From the sequence record NC_048779.1: 64,000 nt of DNA. The stretch is one strand, 5' to 3'. The position numbers were made by a program, and so were the translations under genes. Positions 24,801 to 32,480 of this stretch are shown piece after piece (the first letter of the stretch is position 1; each line of letters starts with the position of its first letter). The notes beneath the pieces were generated by a model. The model saw only the letters and a list, made by a program, of their open reading frames with translations. It did not search any database and was not told the origin of the DNA.

Positions 24801-24827
24801 AAAGAGAGGGGATCAACCCTCTACTTT
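24801..24827 (-). terminator. Hairpin followed by T-run
   Basis: aaagagaggg-gatcaa-ccctctacttt; minus strand continues TTTATTTTT. Confidence 0.55.
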
Positions 24828-25146
24828 AATCGAGTCCCCAATGATAACGATACATAGACATGAACTCCTCAGGGAAGCTACTACGCCAGCCGCAGACCGG
24901 ACATTGGAATTGCCCCCTTTTGTAATCTGTTCTAGGCATTTGATCGCATTCGGAGAACCCCCCACAGTATGGAGAGTAGTTTGGGATCGTCATAAGGTTC
25001 GATCGGACAGTACCGGTAACCAACGGATGTTGTAAAATCTTGGTGTTGAATTCACTCACCTCCAAAGGGGACATATCTTTGTAGGTCTTTTGTGAAGCTT
25101 CCTTAATCTTTTTCAGAATCTCTTTGGATTCGGTCATGTCGATCAT
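24826..25146 (-). CDS. Small Cys4 zinc-binding protein
   Basis: Start moved to MIDM (ATGA overlap with the RNase H stop); [11 protein letters not shown]...FQCPVCGW. Confidence 0.7.
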   Translation of the reverse strand: MIDMTESKEILKKIKEASQKTYKDMSPLEVSEFNTKILQHPLVTGTVRSNLMTIPNYSPYCGGFSECDQMPRTDYKRGQFQCPVCGWRSSFPEEFMSMYRYHWGLD

Positions 25147-25667
25147 CGATTGCGTCTCCACCATTGTCGGCTTTTATCCGGGGTGAACTTCGGTAAGTTT
25201 TCATTGAAAGTGAAGTATCCTTCGTCTTCCAGTGTAGCTCGGTTACGGGCAGCGTCTTGCGCCAGTGTATCGCAGCGTTCGTTATCTGGATCCCCGGAAT
25301 GACCTTTGACCCAGTTCCAAGTTACGTTATGGTAACGGGTCATCGCATACAAACGTTTCCAGAGGTCTACGTTTTTAACAGGACCGCCGTCTGCGCGCTT
25401 CCACCCACGTCTACGCCAACCATGTACCCATTGTTCGATACCTTGTTTGACATACTGGGAATCAGTCGTGACAGACACCTTACGACGCTCAGGCAGTCCT
25501 TCTAATGCTACTATGGTGGCTAACATTTCCATGCGGTTGTTAGTGGACCGTCTATAACCGGCACTTAACTCTATGACTGTCTCGCCATCACGGATGACTA
25601 TCCCGTAACCCGAGGGGCCGGCACCGGATTCCCCCACGCAAGACCCGTCGGTGTTTACTATTAACAT
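25143..25667 (-). CDS. rnhA: Ribonuclease HI
   Basis: [26 protein letters not shown]...NERCD: full D-E-D-D catalytic set. Confidence 0.96.
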   Translation of the reverse strand: MLIVNTDGSCVGESGAGPSGYGIVIRDGETVIELSAGYRRSTNNRMEMLATIVALEGLPERRKVSVTTDSQYVKQGIEQWVHGWRRRGWKRADGGPVKNVDLWKRLYAMTRYHNVTWNWVKGHSGDPDNERCDTLAQDAARNRATLEDEGYFTFNENLPKFTPDKSRQWWRRNR

Positions 25668-25691
25668 GATAAGTTTCCTTTTGAATTATCG

Positions 25692-26660
25692 TCATACATA
25701 GGACTCGACAGTTAAGTTTGATTGTTTGGAATTAAGTACTTCGTATTTGTATTCCAAATAAGTTTGCTTACGATAATAAGTGATGATGTTACGTATGGCT
25801 TGTGGTGGTAAGCCAATCACCTTGGCTATTGTTTCAATACGTATCTCCCAGTCGGTAATATGTTGTTTTATAACATCCAGCCACTCTTCACCTAGGAGTT
25901 CGTCATATCCGTTTTTACGGCGACGTGGAACACCCTTCACCTGCTTACCCGCCCAAGAACGGAAAGTGATTCCGTAATGGACTTTATGAATATAATCTAC
26001 GTTATGGGAAGGTAGGTTATTCTTTAAGAAGTACTCCTTAGGTGTCATCTTACTTTCTAAGAAATCCTTCCTAATACATGAAATGCGGGTAAAGGAGATA
26101 AACTCATAGGGGGTTTCCGGACCGTTGTGAGCATACCAAATTCTGTAAAACCAAGTGTGACTGCATTTAAAGAAATCCAGAAGATCCTCTTTAACTTTGA
26201 CCTTCCCCTTAGCGCGTTGTATGATTCGTATCATCTCAAACGCGATATACTCGTCAACGTTGTCAAATTCACTTTCTAGATAATCCTTAGAAAGGCCAAG
26301 TGAATGTAAATACTCAATCTCTGGGAAAGAGAACTCAAACTTATCACGGAAATAATCAAAGAAACTGTGCTTGTACTTAAAGCCCATTTGTGCTTGTAAA
26401 GTACTCACGTCAAAACTGGGATCTTTAAGCTCATTAATTATCGACAATTTCCTTTGTTCCGAAAACCATTCCGCAGGAGCTAAATCGGTTACTGAAGAAA
26501 TTAATTTAGAGATAGTTCTTTCGGGCTCACCTAAATGCTTGACCAAATGTTTCAGTGTCATTCTAAAGAGTTTGCCTTTGACTTCTTGTTTTATTTTTAC
26601 CCATAACTCTTTTTCTTCATTAGACAAAAATCTTAGATTTTCTTCTTTATTTTGTTTCAT
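25692..26660 (-). CDS. Protein with tandem AraC/XylS-type HTH domains
   Basis: TLKHLVKHLGEPERTISKLI....APAEW..QR.....L......V......GF.....F..YF...F; a second degenerate copy (CSHTWFYRI....GPETPYEF...R) and a third partial copy (IETIAKVIGL). Confidence 0.7.
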   Translation of the reverse strand: MKQNKEENLRFLSNEEKELWVKIKQEVKGKLFRMTLKHLVKHLGEPERTISKLISSVTDLAPAEWFSEQRKLSIINELKDPSFDVSTLQAQMGFKYKHSFFDYFRDKFEFSFPEIEYLHSLGLSKDYLESEFDNVDEYIAFEMIRIIQRAKGKVKVKEDLLDFFKCSHTWFYRIWYAHNGPETPYEFISFTRISCIRKDFLESKMTPKEYFLKNNLPSHNVDYIHKVHYGITFRSWAGKQVKGVPRRRKNGYDELLGEEWLDVIKQHITDWEIRIETIAKVIGLPPQAIRNIITYYRKQTYLEYKYEVLNSKQSNLTVESYV

Positions 26661-26685
26661 GTTATCCCTTATTAAAGGTTAATTG

Positions 26686-26810
26686 ATTTGCTGGTGTATA
26701 CGTTAGAAAGACTTAATATATTTGCTGTTATATATTAAGTATATATATATATTAAAAATAATAAATAGACATCGTTTTTCTTTTTCTTTCTCCCCCTCCC
26801 CAAAAAGATA
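26686..26810. other. AT-rich structured non-coding region
   Basis: 10-bp perfect inverted repeat (26712-26739), 15-bp imperfect direct repeat (26686, 26720), (TA)n run and a polypyrimidine tract. Confidence 0.6.
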
Positions 26811-26837
26811 GAAAATGTAGTTAAGAAATAATCATAA

Positions 26838-26870
26838 TTATCCCCTTCCCTGTGTTAGGGAAGGGGATAA
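26838..26870. terminator. 14-bp perfect inverted repeat terminator
   Basis: ttatccccttccct-gtgtt-agggaaggggataa after the stop at 26875. Confidence 0.75.
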
Positions 26871-26874
26871 CTTG

Positions 26875-27357
26875 TTAAGTGATGTGAACGTTACGCGTAT
26901 TACCTTCTAGTTTGATCATAGTGGTGTCGTAGAGCCTTACCCCGGGGGTTAGGGTGTCTTGACTGAATAAGAACGAATCTCGCATCACTACGCCGCTATC
27001 TGGGATGTGTGAATTAAACAACCCACAACGACCTTCCACACGTAAGCGACCACCCCATGAACTACCAAACGTCCAAAACGCCGTACGGAACGCTGGATCA
27101 ATTTCAATGTCTAAGACGCAGTCTGGTTCAAACTCTAGGGTTAACATCCCGTCATCGCTCTCATAGGAGTAAATAACACCATCTTCAGGGTATTTACTCA
27201 CCCACTCATTGATAGCGAGTTTAATGAAGGGATCGTCATCCATAGCGGCATTAATGACCATTGGGATGAGCAGAGGTTTGTTGCTGATGGTTACGGTGAT
27301 GGTCTTTTGTTCACCGTTGATATAGATGTCTACTTCTGTGGTTGGTAAAGTATCCAT
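26875..27357 (-). CDS. Hypothetical protein, possible short C-terminal beta-helix
   Basis: 160 aa; GGAG RBS; LFNSHI, MRDSFL, LYDTTM repeats. Confidence 0.75.
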   Translation of the reverse strand: MDTLPTTEVDIYINGEQKTITVTISNKPLLIPMVINAAMDDDPFIKLAINEWVSKYPEDGVIYSYESDDGMLTLEFEPDCVLDIEIDPAFRTAFWTFGSSWGGRLRVEGRCGLFNSHIPDSGVVMRDSFLFSQDTLTPGVRLYDTTMIKLEGNTRNVHIT

Positions 27358-27369
27358 GGTAACTCCTTT

Positions 27370-27404
27370 ATCCCTTAGAGCACCTTACCGGGGCTCTAAG
27401 GGAT
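27370..27404. terminator. Inverted repeat terminator
   Basis: atcccttagagc...gctctaagggat after the stop at 27415. Confidence 0.7.
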
Positions 27405-27414
27405 TCGTTAGTGA

Positions 27415-28659
27415 TTAAAGTTCTTCAGCAAAGCGTGTTTGCTTAATGATGCGTAAACGGTTATACAGAACCGATACCGCTTCTTCAACAATAGAAGACT
27501 GGATAGTTCCGATACCTGCTAGTGGGGAATCGTCTGATTTAGCTCTAGGATCGATCAGTGACTTGACGATCTTACGGAGCTCTGATTTATCCATGTCCCA
27601 TGTGATTTTAGCGGTTGGTGTGGCGTAATCACGATCTTCAAGTTTTGGTGCATACAACATGAATTCTGTCGTATCCGCATTACGTTGAAGTGGGATAAAC
27701 GAAAGAGACTGGTAATTATAGCCACCGCCAATGGTGTCGTATTCAAACCCACGACGAATGTCAAAGCTATCACCATTAAAGTATAGATGGAGATTATGAA
27801 CTGATAAACGCGGAACATACGCACCGGGTTTTGAACGTCGACCAACGTTGAAAGCATCACACATGATGTGTGAGCGGTAGATATCTGCATTACTGATGGC
27901 TGAATATTTGTTTAAGGAAATGTGCGAATCTTTAATAGCAGCATCGCTCACATACCCTTCCATGTTAACGAAACTATTGGCAATCGTCACGTTGTCCAAC
28001 GAGGTTACCTTAAATCGGTATCCATTGAATGTGATTTCGGAATCGATGATTGAACCACAATCGATTTCAGAACGACGACCTTGGTTGTCGGATAACACAA
28101 CGGAGCTTTTTAAGGTGTTGATTCTACCGGTCAGGTTATAAAGCAACGAATGACCACTATTGTAAGTTGAGTGTAAAACTTCACCAAGATCGATTTGAGA
28201 CCCGATCACAATAAGTACGGTTGATCCGGTGTTTTTGTCTTCATCTCCGTACCAATAGAAATCATGTGGTTTATTTTTATCGAATTTCACCACGGAATCT
28301 TCATCCATGAAAACCGTAGTTTTATCATCTACGTTAATCTGATAAAGTTCAGTTTCTTCCAAAGGAGTGGAATCATCCCCCTTAAATGGACGAAACCCAA
28401 CATTTTGAGTCAACCATGATTTCGCTTGGTTAAATGAGTGGAGGAAAGAGAGGTTGTCTTTAATCACATCTTTGAGTTTAAAGACACCAACCGCATGTTC
28501 CTTAACGGTATGGATTTTACCATCTCGGTCAACAATCCCATTCCCTAACTCAACATAAGAAAGTTTCTCTTCTGTAACCACAGGTGTAGTTTCGATAGAC
28601 GTTTCTTCCACTGATGCAGCGGTTACAGGAACTGGTGCTTTTGCTTTTTTGCTAGACAT
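27415..28659 (-). CDS. Hypothetical protein with beta-helix-like repeats
   Basis: 414 aa; repeated [IL]-x-[DN]-S-x-[IV] (IIDSEI, IANSFV, IKDSHI, IYRSHI). Confidence 0.75.
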   Translation of the reverse strand: MSSKKAKAPVPVTAASVEETSIETTPVVTEEKLSYVELGNGIVDRDGKIHTVKEHAVGVFKLKDVIKDNLSFLHSFNQAKSWLTQNVGFRPFKGDDSTPLEETELYQINVDDKTTVFMDEDSVVKFDKNKPHDFYWYGDEDKNTGSTVLIVIGSQIDLGEVLHSTYNSGHSLLYNLTGRINTLKSSVVLSDNQGRRSEIDCGSIIDSEITFNGYRFKVTSLDNVTIANSFVNMEGYVSDAAIKDSHISLNKYSAISNADIYRSHIMCDAFNVGRRSKPGAYVPRLSVHNLHLYFNGDSFDIRRGFEYDTIGGGYNYQSLSFIPLQRNADTTEFMLYAPKLEDRDYATPTAKITWDMDKSELRKIVKSLIDPRAKSDDSPLAGIGTIQSSIVEEAVSVLYNRLRIIKQTRFAEEL

Positions 28660-28687
28660 GTTACAATTTTCCTTTTAATGGGTGGGT

Positions 28688-28990
28688 TTAAAATAAAGAT
28701 GATGCTAGGTGGTGATCTTTCTTAGTAAAATGGACGTCACCGTCGGCTTTTAGTGCGATAACGAAATGACGGTCATTCAGCTCCATCACCTCAACTCCGG
28801 CGGTAGAAATACCCGTGACGTCTTCCAATTCATTTAAGATCACATTTTCGTTTGCGATCTTAGTATAATAAGTCACCTGATACTTATCGACCAAATGGAA
28901 ACGAGACTTAGGAAATGCTTTTAAGCAGTCTTCTATTTCCGCCCCGGTCTTCTCTCCGATATGAAGAGTTACTAAATACAGTTTCGTCAT
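28688..28990 (-). CDS. Hypothetical protein
   Basis: 100 aa ORF with GAGG RBS. Confidence 0.7.
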   Translation of the reverse strand: MTKLYLVTLHIGEKTGAEIEDCLKAFPKSRFHLVDKYQVTYYTKIANENVILNELEDVTGISTAGVEVMELNDRHFVIALKADGDVHFTKKDHHLASSLF

Positions 28991-29020
28991 TATGGTTCCT
29001 CTTTAGGATGGGAGGGGTAA

Positions 29021-30982
29021 TTAATACCCCTGTACTTCTTTTAATAATTCGTTTACGGTAAGTTCAGGATGCACCGCAATATCTAACACAGGTATCCCGA
29101 GTTCTTTAGCTGTGTCTACCTTATGTTGCGTCGGGTAATCACCTAACACTATGAGTTTGGTTTTAGAAGTGACTCGGTCAGTGACTTCATAACCTTGCTC
29201 GGTAAAACACGCTTCGATCTCCTTACGACGGAATGGGAACTTACCAGTAACCGTAACTTGGATACTGTGATCAGGAATCTCCATGACCTCGAACTCCAGT
29301 AAATCGAGTAGTTCTTCAATAGTGCGTCGATTCTCTTTAACGTAACTTGCGATGTTCATGCTGATTCCCCAACCGATGTCAGGGATTTCCATCAACGCCG
29401 CTTGGTCTTCCAATAAAGTCAATAACCCATCTTTGTCTTTGATGTGTTTAGATAACTCTTTGGCTGTTCCTTTACCAACACCATTAATCCCTAATCCAGT
29501 AATAAAGCGAGCGAAAGTGGTGGTTCGACTTTCATCAATCGCATCCAGCAAATTCATCTCGGTTTTACTTAGGGTCTGGTTTTGCGTCATGGTACGCAGA
29601 TGATATAAATCAACAAACGTGTTCAGGACACCAAGTTCGTTAAATCGAGCGATCGACGCTGGACCTAACCCACGGATGTTCATTGCGTCTACGGAACCGT
29701 AGTTATATAAACGACCAAGAGTTTGAGCAGGACACTTAGCGTGGTTCGTACACGTCAGAAAAACCTGTTCTTTACTCTCCCCTTCAAAACGCAATGGCTC
29801 ACCACAAGACGGACAATCGCGTGGAGCTTTACATTGACGTCCTTTTCCTACTTTCTCCACTGAGAAAAACTTAGGGATAATGTCGCCGGACATACCAACC
29901 TTGATCACTGACCCAACACGCAAACCTTCTGATTCTCGTTGGAAGGTTCGGAAGTTGTATAGTGTGGCGCGTTGTACCGTGACTCCGGCAATCACTACTG
30001 GGAGGAACTGGGCCACGGGAGTAATAGTTCCTGTGCGTCCTGTTTCCCAAACAACATCTTCTAACTTAGGTGTTTCCACTAAAGTTGGGAATTTAAACGC
30101 GGTTGCCCAACGAGGGTGGTGGTTAGTTTCACCGAGCTTGGCACGACTCTCATAGTTACGAACTTTCGCCACGATACCATCTACAGCAAACGGTAAGTGA
30201 GATGGGCGGTCAGTGGTGATTTGTTGAACGCGGTATTCCTTAGGAGTACTGAACCCCAAAGCGATCAATGCATGCATCGTATCTTCGTAACTGCTTTTGA
30301 TTGCTCTAGGGAATGAGTGCGCAATAAAGGTCAGGCTACCCGTAACCAGTTCCTTTAACTTACGGTTGCGAGTAATGCCTGCCGCGGCATGGCGGGGAGT
30401 GACATAAGGTTTAGGAACCAGATCGTTGAGTTCTTCATATAACTTTAGATCAATAACACCCTCACCATCTATGATGATCTCTTTACCTTCTGTAAAGTCC
30501 TCAGGGAGTTCTCTAGGGATGTTAGAGAAGTGATCGACGTTAACGGTCACGTCTTCACCTATTAACCCTGTGCCGCGTGTTGCAAGAGATTTTAGCTTGC
30601 CGTTCTCATAAGTGAGTCGTAAAGCGATCCCGTCAAACTTCCACTCCAGTTCTATGTCGTTTTGGTCTTCTGCTCCCAGCCCATCTTTCCAAGACTCGTA
30701 TTCCTCAATAGTGAAGACGTTATCTAGAGACAACATAGGAGGTTCGTGTGAGACTTTCTCAAACTCAGAGTTAACTTCAACAATAGGGACCGCCTTACCC
30801 TTGAAGAGATCGTTTTCTTCAGTAAGGAGTTCTGGGTGATCGGAAATCAACTGGTTGTATTCTTGAACCAGTAAGTCGTAATCGGCGTCACTAATCTCAC
30901 TACGGTCTTCTCGGTAATAAACCGAAGCATGGTAACGGATTTGCTTAACCAGACTCTCTAGTCGTGCTTTAAATAGACTCAT
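29021..30982 (-). CDS. ligA: NAD-dependent DNA ligase
   Basis: ISD..YD, HEPPMLSLDN, KFDG adenylation motif, VDGIV, AFKFP, GRTG.ITP, Cys4 Zn finger, HhH and BRCT domains. Confidence 0.97.
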   Translation of the reverse strand: MSLFKARLESLVKQIRYHASVYYREDRSEISDADYDLLVQEYNQLISDHPELLTEENDLFKGKAVPIVEVNSEFEKVSHEPPMLSLDNVFTIEEYESWKDGLGAEDQNDIELEWKFDGIALRLTYENGKLKSLATRGTGLIGEDVTVNVDHFSNIPRELPEDFTEGKEIIIDGEGVIDLKLYEELNDLVPKPYVTPRHAAAGITRNRKLKELVTGSLTFIAHSFPRAIKSSYEDTMHALIALGFSTPKEYRVQQITTDRPSHLPFAVDGIVAKVRNYESRAKLGETNHHPRWATAFKFPTLVETPKLEDVVWETGRTGTITPVAQFLPVVIAGVTVQRATLYNFRTFQRESEGLRVGSVIKVGMSGDIIPKFFSVEKVGKGRQCKAPRDCPSCGEPLRFEGESKEQVFLTCTNHAKCPAQTLGRLYNYGSVDAMNIRGLGPASIARFNELGVLNTFVDLYHLRTMTQNQTLSKTEMNLLDAIDESRTTTFARFITGLGINGVGKGTAKELSKHIKDKDGLLTLLEDQAALMEIPDIGWGISMNIASYVKENRRTIEELLDLLEFEVMEIPDHSIQVTVTGKFPFRRKEIEACFTEQGYEVTDRVTSKTKLIVLGDYPTQHKVDTAKELGIPVLDIAVHPELTVNELLKEVQGY

Positions 30983-31604
30983 GGTCTACTCCTAATAAGG
31001 TTAATAGATGTTCTTTGAATGTTGTGAAAGTGTCGAACGTACGGAAGTGTACGTACTCCGGCACGGTATGTTCACCCACACACTGAATCACGTTTTGATT
31101 GAAATCAAGTTCCTTAGCACGATCGATACCGTGGTAAGGGTTATCATCCACGATAATGAAATCTCGACCGTATAAGTCTTCGAGGTAAGTCAACTTACAA
31201 GGATGAACTTTAGAATCCAAGCAATGAATTACTTCGAACATATCGAGTGCTTTGGTTTTTAACCATTCCATCGTTTTCTCCGAACCGGTTTCGGTCCAAC
31301 CACGGTGTGTGCAAATACTAAAAGTATGACCGAGGTTTTTAAGCGTCGTGATCAATTCACAGAACTGTTCGTATTCATCACGAACCCATTTAGCGACACC
31401 AGATTCTAACATGAACTCTTCGCCACGAAGTATTTGTTCATAGATATCGGTTTGCAGAACGGCACCAGCGTTAACGTATGCATGGCCTTCTCGGTCCGCG
31501 GTCACCATCGCGTAAAGACTTTCTTCACTCGTTGGTTCTAAGTTGTCTCGGATGTATTGGTGAGTGGCGGTAAGGGTGTCGTCCATGTCAAATGTGATGT
31601 GCAT
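30969..31604 (-). CDS. HAD-superfamily phosphatase (5'-nucleotidase-like)
   Basis: Motif I FDMDDT, motif II CTHRG, motif III K, motif IV VDDN. Confidence 0.75.
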   Translation of the reverse strand: MHITFDMDDTLTATHQYIRDNLEPTSEESLYAMVTADREGHAYVNAGAVLQTDIYEQILRGEEFMLESGVAKWVRDEYEQFCELITTLKNLGHTFSICTHRGWTETGSEKTMEWLKTKALDMFEVIHCLDSKVHPCKLTYLEDLYGRDFIIVDDNPYHGIDRAKELDFNQNVIQCVGEHTVPEYVHFRTFDTFTTFKEHLLTLLGVDHESI

Positions 31605-31613
31605 AAAAAGTTC

Positions 31614-32057
31614 CTAGTTAATGTGTTTAGTGGTTTCGATTTGCTGTTTAAATTTGTAAAGATCACTGCGGATGTTTTGTTTTAAATCTTGGGTTTGTGT
31701 TTTGAACGACTCCAATAACACCAGTTGCATCTCTACAAATTTCTCTCGGTATTTATCGTCAACTCGGTCAAATAAAAGACCGGGGGTGGCGATTTGTTCA
31801 CTCATGGTTTGTACAGCGTCCGCTATAGGGTCTTCCGGGATTACGTCTAACCACTGGACCTCATCGGCGGTACGAAGTACACCATTATTGAACACACTTC
31901 CATCTTGACCAAATTCAAAATCATTACAAACTAAAATTACTTGTTCGTAAGGATTAAAAGAGACACTTAATTTTACATTTAATCGATGATAACCTTGGGT
32001 GAATGTTCCTTCGGTTTCACTAAGTGGGATGGCATTATCAATTGTCTGTTTGTTCAT
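31614..32057 (-). CDS. Hypothetical protein
   Basis: 147 aa ORF with GGAG RBS. Confidence 0.75.
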   Translation of the reverse strand: MNKQTIDNAIPLSETEGTFTQGYHRLNVKLSVSFNPYEQVILVCNDFEFGQDGSVFNNGVLRTADEVQWLDVIPEDPIADAVQTMSEQIATPGLLFDRVDDKYREKFVEMQLVLLESFKTQTQDLKQNIRSDLYKFKQQIETTKHIN

Positions 32058-32075
32058 AAAGACTCCATAACAAGT

Positions 32076-32109
32076 AAATTCGCGAGATGGTAACCCACCC
32101 CGCGAATTT
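32076..32109 (-). terminator. Hairpin completed by G-U pairs only on the minus strand
   Basis: aaattcgcg-gggtgg-GTTA-ccatct-cgcgaattt. Confidence 0.6.
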
Positions 32110-32117
32110 AAACTTCA

Positions 32118-32390
32118 TTAGTGGACCGCCGACATGATGTTCTGAATAGACTGCTCTAGTCGGGTTTGGTCGCCGTAACCTTGTACAAACGTATTAACCG
32201 CACGCTCCCCGTTAATACCAAAAGTAACGAAGGCTTTAGTTTCGCCGTTGATACATACTGAAGCTTGCAGGTGATTTTGTACTCGGTTGTAAACCACCGA
32301 AATCTCTTCGGTACCGTTTTGGTCACACTGGATTACACCAGTAGGGTCATAAGTGCCTCGCAAAGAGACAGGTGCTTTCGTGTTCGACAT
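32118..32390 (-). CDS. Small hypothetical protein behind a putative early promoter
   Basis: 90 aa; AAGGA RBS. Confidence 0.7.
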   Translation of the reverse strand: MSNTKAPVSLRGTYDPTGVIQCDQNGTEEISVVYNRVQNHLQASVCINGETKAFVTFGINGERAVNTFVQGYGDQTRLEQSIQNIMSAVH

Positions 32391-32455
32391 AATGTAAACT
32401 TCCTTTAAAAAACTGAGTGTCTATAAAAGTGTTTTAGCTGTTACGAATCACTAAG

Positions 32456-32473
32456 ACACTCAGATAATATAGA
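32456..32473 (-). promoter_or_regulatory. Putative early promoter (copy 4)
   Basis: Minus strand TCTATAT-TATCTG-AGTGT, 66 bp upstream of the start at 32390. Confidence 0.6.
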
Positions 32474-32480
32474 TTTAAAT

